DNA of 63,223 nt, counting the filler, from Olpidium bornovanus S191 (lineage: Eukaryota > Fungi > Olpidiomycota): NCBI GenBank assembly GCA_017911155.1. It is 28 parts of 28 records of this genome, joined end to end, with 100 filler letters (N's around TTAATTAATTAA, not from the genome) between each part and the next. Parts side by side here need not be neighbours in the genome. Positions count along the whole stretch, not along the records: positions 12,511 to 14,466 come from JAEFCI010002369.1; positions 14,567 to 16,367 come from JAEFCI010005552.1; positions 16,468 to 19,234 come from JAEFCI010002025.1; positions 19,335 to 22,692 come from JAEFCI010002612.1; positions 22,793 to 24,918 come from JAEFCI010008608.1; 23 more parts are not named here. One strand, written 5' to 3'. Of the stretch, positions 12,511 through 23,400 are shown piece by piece. Below the pieces are notes generated by a model. It did no database searches. It had not been told where the DNA came from and saw nothing but the letters and a program-made list of their open reading frames with translations. The position numbers were made by a program, and so were the translations under genes. Position 1 is the first letter of the stretch. Each line of letters opens with the position of its first letter.

Positions 12511-14287
12511 CATGAGGTTACTCGGCCGCTATCGAAATGCTAAGATCTTGTCTTCCGTCAACGGGTTGTCGACCAGGCTGCATCAAATATTGCGGCAATG
12601 CTGCTCAACAACGCGTGTGCGGACGCGCGGGTTGTTGCCGGAATGCTCGAAGCGATACAGTTCCTTTTTGGAATAGAAAAGCTTGGTGATCTCTTTTGTG
12701 CCGACGTACGGACCTTAAGAACGTTCCACGGCTGGTTTGGCCAACGTTTGAAACGATTGGTCTTGAAGTTGACCGACTCCGCACCGGTTGCCCTGCTTCG
12801 CATGCCGGACAGAATTCCCAGTCGACGGCGTTGGCTTCGGGCATATCGCTGAGACTGTTCGACAGGAATTGGGCAGTGCGCGACACCACGCTGGAATTCT
12901 TTTCCGAGCTCTTTGAAAAGGTTCGATGCACGGATGAGCGTTCCAGGCCAATCATGGGCTTGGATGCGAGGATTAACAGGGACAGAAACACTCATTGTTT
13001 TGGTAGATTCCGCATAGGATAACCAGTGCATCACGCTTTGCGGTTGCCTGGGAGTTCCCAAAGAAAGTCGCCCAACGGATCGCCGACCGCGAGCCGTACG
13101 TCCGTGCTTCCGCGCTCAAAGCATTAACCGTACGCGTCGCATGGGAAAAGGTGTACCGCGGCTGCACTTGCGGCCCGGTTCTATGACGAAACGCAGTGCG
13201 GAAGTTGCTGACTCTGAGTTACACTTTGCTTCTCTCGTTTTCCGGCGTTCTCGCAGGGGATCATTCTCCACCCAGCAGGCTGGGAGGCGGTGAGCCCGGT
13301 TCTGCTGACGTCCTCTTTTTTCAGCTCCTTGGGACGGCTGGATGCTGCGCCGGACGAAACCTTACGGGAAGAGGAAACGCGGCTCGACGTGTTACTCAGC
13401 GATACAACGGCTCTCGTCAGGCGAGCCGCTCTGCGGTTCCTGACGTCGCTCATCGCCCACAGAGGGCACCTGGACATGCTCTTTGACAAGGGCAAGCTGC
13501 TCAGGTTGTGGTGGAGGGGTAGTTTTGTTTTACTTCCTGCCGGTGCGCTTGTGGAGGGGGGCGTTTTCGTGTTCCACATTGTTTACCGGACGTTTGGCTC
13601 TCCGACCGGCGACAGCGCGAAGCTTATTCACCAGCTTCTTGAGGACGACGACCACGAAGTTCGGACGGAACTGTGCAAGCTCCTGGGTTCCGCTTGGCAT
13701 TACTCGTGCCACTCGCCCGTTGACTGCAATGCGCTCCGCACGCAAGAGCAAACCGCGGCACGGCGTGATGCCGCGGCCGCTGATTATCACCAACACGTCG
13801 GGTGCCTCTTCTTCGAGATGGACGGAGTTTGCACCCTGGGAATTGCGGTAAGGACTGGCCGTTTGACGCACAAATTTGTGGAGCGCCCTGCGGGCCACTG
13901 CGCTCAACCTAGGGGCGGCGCGCGTTCCAAGAAGTGACGCTTTTCGCTTGAATCACCAATAAAACACAGGCGAGGGACGCCAGCCGACTGGTGCGCACCA
14001 CAGCCCGCGGCGTCCTGCGGTCCATAAAGGAGGACGTGGCCGGCTTGATATCAGGTCCGCCGCAACAACCAGGCGACCTCCCAGGGAAGTTCAGCCTCAA
14101 GCGGCGGCTTGCAGAAGTGGAGCTGCCGCGCCTGCGGGAGTTTGCCGACTGGCTGGCACAGGCGGACCTCGAGGACGAGCGGAGCAGCCGCGACTGCTAC
14201 TCGCAGGTCGATGACCTCGTCAGTTTGGACGAGCGTCGGAGCTATGTCATTGCCCTGGGAGGACGGTGCGAGATGGACTGCGAGTAA
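12511..14287 (+). CDS. BRAT1: BRAT1-like HEAT/ARM-repeat protein, C-terminal part, spliced
   Basis: Four collinear blocks match my recollection of human BRAT1: RLFDRNWAVRDTTLEFFSEL (cf. [20 protein letters not shown]), ADREPYVRASALKAL (cf. QDPESYVRASAVTAM), SDTTALVRRAALRFL (cf. VDTEGFPRRAVMQVF), EDDDHEVRTE (cf. RDLDWEVRAQ). C-terminus is EMDCE* (cf. EADCY*). Confidence 0.75.
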
Positions 14288-14566
14288 AGGAGGGGGGGAA
14301 AAAAGGCGCCGTAAATAAGTCTTTTTGGCGCTGCCCCGCGTATCGCCGAGGAATGACGAAGGTCAGTTTGTGCCACGAGGCGGTTTAAAGGGCCGTGGCG
14401 AGTTGCTTTCCCTTTGCGCTTTGGGGCGGTGGGGGAGAGGGAGGGGAGAGGGGGGGAGGGGGGGGGNNNNNNNNNNNNNNNNNNNNNNNNNNNNNNNNNN
14501 NNNNNNNNNNTTAATTAATTAANNNNNNNNNNNNNNNNNNNNNNNNNNNNNNNNNNNNNNNNNNNN

Positions 14567-15658
14567 GGCCCTTCCACCCTCGCATGCACGTCTTCCGCCT
14601 GCCGCGCAAGCCCGGGACTGCCGATTCCAGTAATCCCCGCCGGCGTTGTCACCCTGAACGCGTTGGGATCGTGCGGATTGTTGGCGTGCTCTATATGGTA
14701 CCCGGGCGGCAGGAACGTGTTGAAACCGGAGACCAGTTCGGGATGACCACGAAACAACGTAGAAACCTGCTGGATTACACCCGGCGTGTCGATTCTTTGA
14801 CAGTGAAGTAAGGGCCCGAGTAGGAGAAAGGGAAGTACGCTGTTAATGCACCGAGCGTTCCGTCCCCGAGCTGTTCAGGGTACAAGTGTCGTGGGAAGCC
14901 GACGGCGCGGCTTTCGGCCATCTCACGAAACAGGTACAAAAGGCGGTCGGGGGTGCCAACGATCGGCGGCAGTCCGAGCTGCCGGAGAAGCGCGCCGCAA
15001 ACGGCAAACGGCGAGCTTGTACGGCATAAAAGACGACGCGTGGAATTCGGGCCCCGAAACACGCTTACCCCTGACTTTTGAACTCCTTCATAATATCCAA
15101 GAACCTGCGCCCGGGATTCGGTTCAGAAGGGCCAAAAAGGACGGTACGCAGGCGTGAGGATAAGTTTGCGGGCGGGATGTGCGCGCGCGACACGGAAAGC
15201 CACCGCCCCACGTCAGCATCAACAGCGCACCTGTTGTAGACATCGGGCTGGTCCTGAAATCGAACCTTGACCTGATCCAGGTACGACAGTGCGTCCTTTA
15301 CGTTCAATGGCCGCTGCTGCACGGGCGACGGCGTGTTTGGGGCGGCCGGTCGCGGCGAGAACGCCCGCGGCTGGTCGTCAGGCCTCGGCGCCGGAAGCGG
15401 GCTGGAGGGCGGCGCCGAACCCGCGGCTTCGACCGGTTGTGGCAGCGGCGGCGGCGGCGGCGCCGCAAGGCCGGGCGGCGCAAAAGCGGGGGCCTGCGGG
15501 CCGTAGTACGTGTCCTGTGGCTGAGGATGCCAGTGCTGTTGCTGTTGCTGCTGCTGCTGCTGCTGCTGCTGGAGGGCCTGCGGCTGCGGCGGACCCCGCT
15601 GGTGCGGCGGCGGTTGCGGATGCAGCTGCGGCGGGGTTTCCCCGCGGTACTCGGGCAT
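14567..15658 (-). CDS. SIN3: SIN3 co-repressor, N-terminus with PAH1 domain, 3'-truncated
   Basis: [26 protein letters not shown]|[11 protein letters not shown]|[33 protein letters not shown], after a polyQ/Pro-rich N-terminus. Confidence 0.95.
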
Positions 15659-16066
15659 GGCGCCAGGTGCCGCAGGGGCGGACGGGGCAGGCGGACGGCC
15701 GGGACCCGAGGGCGGAGCGGGGCGAGAGCGGAGCGGGGAGAGTGAGAGAGGGAGACGGAGAAGGAGAGGGAGGGAGAAAGAGAGGGAGAGAGAGAACAGA
15801 GACAGAGAGGGAGCAGAGAGAAAGAGAGAGAGAGAGAGAGGCGGCGGAGAGAGAGACAGAGCAGAGAGAGGGAGAGAGAGAGAGAGACAGCGGAGAGAGA
15901 GAGAGAGTGAGAGAGTGAGAATGAGAGAGTGAGAGTGAGAGAGTGAGAGAGAGAAATAACAGAGAGAAAAGGTGGAAACGGGGTGGACGAGGACGAAAGC
16001 GGGGGCGTGAGGGGGCCGGAAACGGCGGGGGGGGGGGAGCGCGGGGGGCGGGCGGGAGCGGGGGGT

Positions 16067-16132
<66 letters not shown>

Positions 16133-16467
16133 GCTTTGATACGTTGTGCACCCGTGCGCAAGGTATTATTTTGCGCACCCCCGCGGCTACGCCGCAGAAA
16201 CCACCACACCCAAAATTGCTAGACGCCCGCTGTAACGGAGAGAGGCCATGCCGCATCTGCGACATTCTCCAGCGGGCTTTCCGCCGCGTTCAATTCATTT
16301 TCTACGCTTTTCGCGTCAGCAAGGAGAAATGCAAACAGGCCACAGGTACTTGAAAGCGGCCACATAANNNNNNNNNNNNNNNNNNNNNNNNNNNNNNNNN
16401 NNNNNNNNNNNTTAATTAATTAANNNNNNNNNNNNNNNNNNNNNNNNNNNNNNNNNNNNNNNNNNNN

Positions 16468-16570
16468 ATCGATGGCCGCTCTGAATTGCCCCTTTGTCAC
16501 ATACCTGGCCGTGTACTTACCAATACTGCCGTCTGGTCGAAGTTTGACTTTATATACACCCGCTTTCCCT
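16468..16570 (-). mobile_element. Degenerate Ty1/copia reverse-transcriptase fragment
   Basis: GVYKVKLRPDGSIGKYTARYVTKGQFRAAID corresponds to copia RT W(V/I)(F/Y)KxKxxxDGSIxRYKARLVAKG..Q..GID. Confidence 0.75.
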
Positions 16571-18259
16571 TTACAGGGCGCACGCCGCGGCGGCGCGGAA
16601 CGAGCTCGAAGATGGCGAGACGCCATGGCGCCGCCGCCGTCGTCGTCGCCGGGGGGGGGAAAACGTAGCGCAGGTTTGTTTTGGTTTGGCGAGGGCGGAA
16701 GCACGAACTCACTTGCGGACGCATCACCGAGATAAATTATTTCCCTCCTTCCCCTCTTGGCGGGCCACACAGCCCCAGGAGAGCTGTCAAATGGACGCAT
16801 TGAAGAACGGAGGGCCGCATCAGAAAGTGCATCGGAGCGCGTGTCAGAGGGGCACGTCGCGAGCGCACCGGCGGCCGCGCCGACGACCGCTGTCGGAAAC
16901 AGATCGAGCCGCCGCGAGCGCGGTGAGCCGACGCGGTAGCCGGGCGGTCGGAATCGCGCCGCGACCAAAGGCCGTTGCCCGCAGCGGTAGATCAGAGCTC
17001 GGCGAATCGATCGCCCCCCTTCTCCCGGCGACACGTAGAAAGCGGCGGAGCCCGCAGGATTGTCAGTCGATTCGCGCCTCGCCCGTTTTTTTTTCAAAGC
17101 GACCCCGCCGCACAACACAAACCAAAATAAACTCGGCGCAGTCGGCGCAGCCGTCAGGCGCCGGTCCGTCCTCCTCCGTGTCGTTTGTTTGGAAGCCCTG
17201 CATGCGGCAGCGTTCGGCTGCCTCGTCCGGGGCATCGTCCTCCGTCGTCGTTCTTCGGTTCTCGTGCGCCGCCGTCGTGGTCGCTTCGTTTGCGTCGCGT
17301 CGCGACCCGTCGCGAGGGTGTCGGGGCAATTTGACGCGTCCCCGCCGCGCAACTGTCGAGACGAACGGCCGCACTACCAACCTACAGATCCGATCACGCG
17401 GAAGTGGCCCCCCACCGCGCTCCCTCCCCTTCTTGACCCACGCGCCCCGCGGGTCACTTGCCACCGTGTGCATGAGCATCGCAGAAACCTCCTCTCGTCA
17501 GCTCGAACTCGCACGTTGCGACGGACCTGGAACAGTGCGAGGCCAGTCGCACCGCCCCGCACAACAGACTGACTTACAGCGTCCTACCGCCCCCGGCGAG
17601 GGTATAAAGGGCGTCCAGCGTTTTGCCTCCATCGCACCTCCCAACACCCTACAAATTGCCACTTCGACAATTTCTCCACTATCTCCCACCACTTTAGTTT
17701 TACGACGACCGAATCTAGTTTTACGACGTGTGTGAATCGTGCCCAACCGACGATGACGACCATTTCTTCCAACGTCCCCGCAACATCAAGCTCCCCCGGA
17801 TACTCGACCATGTTTCGCTTGATCGCAGCTCGGTCCTAGCTGCCACGGAGCACATCCAGTACGCGACCCGAGCCCAGGCTTGGATATTCACATGAACAAA
17901 CATGCCGGACGAAAATAACGCACGTGGAACGCTGCACAGGCGTTATATTACTATTGTTTAAAAATTAGTTTCCATATAAAACATGAATTTGTACAGGGCG
18001 GAACGTGTGCGCCGTGGCCATTGCCAAAAAAAAACAAACAAAAAGAAAAAACGTGCTCATGTTAAAGCGGAAACAGAGGGGACTGTCTACAGATTAAGCC
18101 CTTTCGACTTGACCGGACCTCAATCTCATTACAGCGGCGAAGCGGTCGATATCTTGGTAATTCTGCAAAAATCGCGCGCGAGGAATTAGGGTCGCGTCAG
18201 CGCGCAAAGAAATACTATGAAGCACAGTTTTGTCATGACATGAATCCAAAGCACGGACC

Positions 18260-19234
18260 CCTTGCTCTCGAAGAACCTGTGGAGGACGGGAATAAGCTGT
18301 TGGGCGACAGTGAAACTAGTCACGTCGGTACCAAGATTTAGCGTGGGGCCAGGATACGGGGTGCCAGTGGAACGGGAAGGCTTTTCCTTCCCCACGGACG
18401 GCCACTCACCCAAAAACCAGCTTCGGGCCGACAACGACGATCTTAGGGATAAGGCCTAGCGAGAAATGGGCGCGGGCATCACCACGCTGTGCCTTCTTCC
18501 CGAAAAAATTGCAAAAAGAAAAAGTATCAATTGCGCGGTTTACCTTTAAAGAACGCGGAGGGGCCCTCCTGTCGAATCATTTCCCGGACTATCTGCGCCC
18601 CCGACTTTGGACTGTCAAACGAACGGTTCTGGATACGCGTTTTTACGACATCCAGCGGAGAGGACACGGCGATTGACGCGACCGCGCCGCCGGTCGCCGC
18701 GGCAAAATTCTGGTAAAAACGACGCCTCACTGTAGTCCTTGAGATGGAAGATGTACTTTTTGACGAACGCCGCTCCGCCAAAGAGCGCGAAGGATCCCGG
18801 GGCGTTGCGTGTGGCTGTCCAGCCGGCCCCGCGGTAGAGGCCGCGTCCTTCCTCCCGGAAAATCGTGAACACGCCGCGGCCTTTGAACGCCACCGGATTC
18901 GTTTGCCGCTTGATTTTCAACACGTCGAGCGGCAGAAGGACGACCTCTCCGATTCCCACAAGGCTTTGAAATTTCCGCGGTAGCAACCGAGTCAGAACCC
19001 GCTGGTGACAGAATATGTCAGGCACGGAAAGGCAGAACGGCAAGTTCTCCCCGTCCCACCTTGTCGCCGTCGCGTGCATCGTTGCCTTCCCGGTCTTCTC
19101 GCCGAACAAATCCGTAAGTCTTCTTGTGGTGGGCGTTCAGGTAATCTATTACGACAGGCTGCCCGCCGAACTTGTAGTTACGCTGCAGAACCTTGTACCC
19201 AGCGGCGAAGCCTAAACCCGGGAAGAGGGACATG
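18260..19234 (-). pseudogene. GGC1: Mitochondrial GTP/GDP carrier (GGC1/YHM1) with two frameshifts, 5'-truncated
   Basis: SLFPGLGFAAGYKVLQR.YKFGGQP, LLPLDVLKIKRQTNP, RNAPGSFALFGG, PLDVVKTRIQNR, GPKLVFGFTVAQQLIP. The frame breaks near 19115 (HHKKT/TDLFG) and in the A5 run at 18715-18719 (ASF/YQNF). Confidence 0.8.
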
Positions 19235-20822
19235 NNNNNNNNNNNNNNNNNNNNNNNNNNNNNNNNNNNNNNNNNNNNTTAATTAATTAANNNNNNNNNN
19301 NNNNNNNNNNNNNNNNNNNNNNNNNNNNNNNNNNAGAGCGCAAAAGAGCCGAGCAGGAGGGAGAGGAGAGGGAGAAGCAGAGGACCGCCAGGGAAAGCAT
19401 TGCGACGCCCGGCTTGCGAGACGCCGGGCTAACTCCGCGGAGGACCGGTCGCATGGGACTGTGAACTTGTTGAATGATTTTTATGTTGTACAGTACACGT
19501 ACACCCCTTCCCCCCCCTTTTCCCTCCAGTAACAAATATCACCTTGGTGAAGCGGTCTCTGTCCTTTACCGGTTTTTCAGACATGAGGAATTACGAGGGC
19601 CTCGTATGGAGGGCCCGCAGTCGCCACATTTTTTTTCCGGGCCGGATGCCGTAAGCGTGAATGTCAAAAAATCGCGCGCGTGAGGGTGCAAAAACCGCAC
19701 GCCGCAAAATGGGCTCGCAAGCGTTCTCGTTGAGCAATTTGCTCGCGCTCGCGTCGAGAGGAGCGGCTGAGTTTGATTTGATTTGTCGACGCAACCTCCC
19801 CCCGAAAGTTGGCCCTGGGAGGGCCCCCCACACCGGCCTTTCTTTTCTAATTGTGGCCCCGCCTCGGCAAGTGGCCCCCTTCACGGCGCGGTAGAAAGGT
19901 ATATTTCCGTGACACATTTTTTTGAGAGCCGTGCGGACCTTGCTCAAATGCCTCACTGGAAGTTCGTTCGCAAGACGGCATTGCGGCGATGGTGCAAACT
20001 GCGGACCTTTTCCACAGGAGACCCCGTCGCCTTTTGCGACACGTGTGAGATGTACTCTTCCTACAGCCGCGGTTTGTACCGTAGAGAGTTTCTCGGCGAG
20101 GCGTTGTAGTGAAGTGCAGCACCAACTGTCATTTCAGTCTTGACACTTTCGTTTTCATTTCTACATTCCTCCATTTATTTGTTTGGAGGCTCCATTCGAG
20201 AAGGGGGTGTTGAGATCGTTCTGTAATGATCACCTTCCCACCCCCCGAACAACCAAACAAAAAAAAAAAAGCGGTGAATCTCTCCCGAAGCGCCGCCGTC
20301 GCGCCGGGTAGCAAATGCCCGATTTTTCTTCCTGCGTTCTAGCCCCATTGAGGCTAAACGCGCTGCCGGGGAACGGCGCCGTTTAACATAAAAATTCTTG
20401 CCGGACCTGAACGCACGGCGTAAACGACCCCGTTTAATCTGTCGTATATCACACCTCTTCATCACGCAGTTGACGGGGAACGGCCAGGAAAAAGCTTCCG
20501 TTTGAAAAAGTCCGATGGCGATTTGGTCGAATCAAAAGGGCGGGGTGGGAAGAAGGACACCCGCGAGTCCCGTGTGTGTTCAGAAAAAGTTCCCCGCCGT
20601 GTCAGGAAGATCAATCAGTTCAGGACTCCGGTGTCCGTTCCCCGGCAGTGCGTTTAGCTTCATTTCACGCCGGCGGTGCGATCACGTGATCACATCCTGC
20701 AGTGTGGAACGGGGGGCGGGGGGGCATTGGCCCCCCCCTCCCACATTCGGCGCGCGACGCGCGACCCATCCCCGTAACGACAAAGCTCGCGCGCAGTTTC
20801 GCCGAAGACCCCAACCGTCGCA

Positions 20823-22044
20823 ATGAACCAACAGCGGCGGCAGGCGCCCGCTCCGCAAAACGAGCTCGTTCTGTGGTACAAGTCCCTCTCGGCGGTGACG
20901 CGGTTCTTGTTCTCCGCAACAGTGCTATTCACCGTGGCCGGCACCCTTATCAATCCGTTCCTGTTCATCATGCAGTGGGACCGTGTCCTGTGGGAACTGC
21001 AGGTAAAAAGAAAAAAAGAAAGAAATAAAAGCGTTTTAAATGGAGCGAGTGCGGCGCTTCGAAGCACAATCTTCCGCGACGAGGGGCGTGCGTGGGGGCC
21101 CATTCCCCTCTCCCCACCGCTTGTTGCTTCTTCCTGTCAGAGCTCTAACCCAGTTCGCCCGCGTGGACAACAGATCTGGAGGCTCTTGACATGCTTCTTC
21201 CTGCACAGCCCGAACCTCAACTTCCTGTTTGACCTCGCGTTCTTCTACCGGTGTTCTAAGGATCTTGAGGAGCGTTCATTTTTCGGCAGAACTGCCGACT
21301 ACGGGTGGTTCGTCACGGCGGTGATGGGAATGCTCTTGGTGGGGTTTCTCGTCCCTTGGCAATTCACTCTTGGGAAAAAACCGCAAGAAAAAAGCACGAA
21401 AAACTTGATATAAAAGAGCTGGTGTGGGAATCGCGACTTTGCGCGAACTTTCGTTGCTGATGCCCTGGTCCGCCCGTAATGCTGGCGCAGTTGTTGGATT
21501 ACAACTTCAACTTTTTCGTTCTGGGACAAGCGTTGATCATGGCGGTCGGCTACCTGTGGGCCCTGCAGAACGCCGACATGATGGTGTCCTTCATGTTCGG
21601 GGCGCGGTTCAAGGTGCGGTACCCGAATACAGTCGCGTTGCTGCGCACGGCCTGGCTCGCGTCCACTTGTGGTCTCATATTCTCGGCCTATCCCCCTGTC
21701 GTTTCACTTAAACGCAGGCAATATATCTTCCTTGGGCCCTGCTGCTGCTTCATTTTGTTTCGAGCAACGGCCGAGTTCCATACGACGAGCTGGCGGGCAT
21801 CGCCTGCGCACACTTATACCATTTCTTGGAAAAAGTGTACCCGCAGATGAACCCGACCGCGCCGCGGTACATGGCGACCCCGCGGTGGTTCGCCGACTTT
21901 TTCGGCGACGCCCCCCGCGTCGCCGGCTTCGCCACCGAGGGGTCGGGGATCCGCGTCGTGGACGCCTCTCGAGGCGGAACCGGCACCTCGACGTCGTTCG
22001 GCGGGCACAGGTGGGGTGCCGGTCGTCCGTTAGGATCAGGATGA
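20823..22044 (+). CDS. Derlin (Der1/Dfm1 family) ERAD membrane protein, complete, spliced (4 exons)
   Basis: WYKSLSAVTRFLF, Q|IWRLLTCFF, NFLFDLAFFYRCSKDLE, FMFGARFK|AIYLPWALL, LAGIACAHLYHFL, and a C-terminal FGGHRWGAGRPLG SHP-box-like motif. Confidence 0.9.
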
Positions 22045-22938
22045 AAGAGGAGGAGGTTCCAGATGATCTGCCGTGAGGCGGAGGATGATGGAAAGAACGG
22101 ACGCGAAGAAATGGGATGTGCGTGGGCAATCAAAAGCGCGCCACGAGAAAACTTTTTGACCACTTCGCTCTTCCGGCGGCGGACTTCTGGATGGGGTGCT
22201 TCTGCCGAAACTCCGGACCCGTCTATTCAGACGCGTCGTGCGGTCTGTTACAGGCCCAATCTTTCAGGAAAGCAGAGGATTACGCGTCTGCTGAGCAAAC
22301 ATCGATTTTCCTGCCTGAAAATTCACCTTCAAAAATTCTCGATTGCACAAACTGCCCGTCCTCCCCCCCTTTCTTTTACCAGGTAAAACTCCAGAAATAC
22401 CCGAAGGTTACAGTGCCATTATCACGTCGAATTAATCCCGACCCCACAGATATTTTACCAAAGAAACCGAGTTGGGATCGTAGACCGTGCGCTTACTTCG
22501 CGATCGCGCAGTTACGATTGGTATGCACGTGGAGGAGTTCCTTGGTGTGGGCGTTCCACGGGAGGGTCGAGCCTTAAATCTGAGTTTGGGGTTGCCACCA
22601 TTTCGCTGGGAACTGAGAAAGCATATCTTTTTTGGGGTTGATCCAAATCGGATCAATTGACTCGGCCGCGACGGCGGCACCGACGAACCATGNNNNNNNN
22701 NNNNNNNNNNNNNNNNNNNNNNNNNNNNNNNNNNNNTTAATTAATTAANNNNNNNNNNNNNNNNNNNNNNNNNNNNNNNNNNNNNNNNNNNNCATGACAG
22801 TTCGTAAACTGCTTAAAGGGGCAGGCAGTTCATATTATAGCAACAAAATAAAAATCGAACGTTCGCCATATGTAAAGGTTAAATGAGTTGCGACGGCGTC
22901 CCAACGTTTATTATTTAGACAGTGAGTTGGAAAACTAT

Positions 22939-23400
22939 CTACTGGTACATAATAGCTATCTCTTCAATTACTTTATTACAATTTTTATCACAGCAACGCG
23001 GACGTCCGAGTGCATCCCGATGTAGTCCGTGAACGCAAAGTTGCACATGTGGTGACCACATTTCCGAAATATAATTGGTATTGTTGCTGTATCTCCCATG
23101 ACACCGGGGACATGTCAGACGAATTGCATTACCAACCCCCTTTTCACGAAGTTCTTGTTCAAGTTTCTCAATTATTCAAAGCGCTCTGTCTGGTGTGCTT
23201 ATGATAGGTTCATCTTCACCCGTGCCGTTAACGTTAACCCAAGTAATATCGGTTTTGCGCACCCACGGAGCTATAACGTAGATTTGACGGTACATGTTCT
23301 TCCTCGGTTGAGCATTTGGAACGCGCGGATGTACAAGGAGCCATTGGGAGTAATTTTGTTTATGGGGCGACTCAGAATTGCCGAGCGGTGACGGATATTT
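22939..23400 (-). pseudogene. Decayed intronless ORF with a coiled coil and C-terminal RING finger
   Basis: Allowing a +1/-1 frameshift pair gives IIEKLEQELREKG..TCPRCHGRYSNNTNY-FRKCGHHMCN-CVHGLHRDALGRPRCCDKNCNKVIEEIAIMYQ*. There is an in-frame TGA at 23178-23176. Confidence 0.5.
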
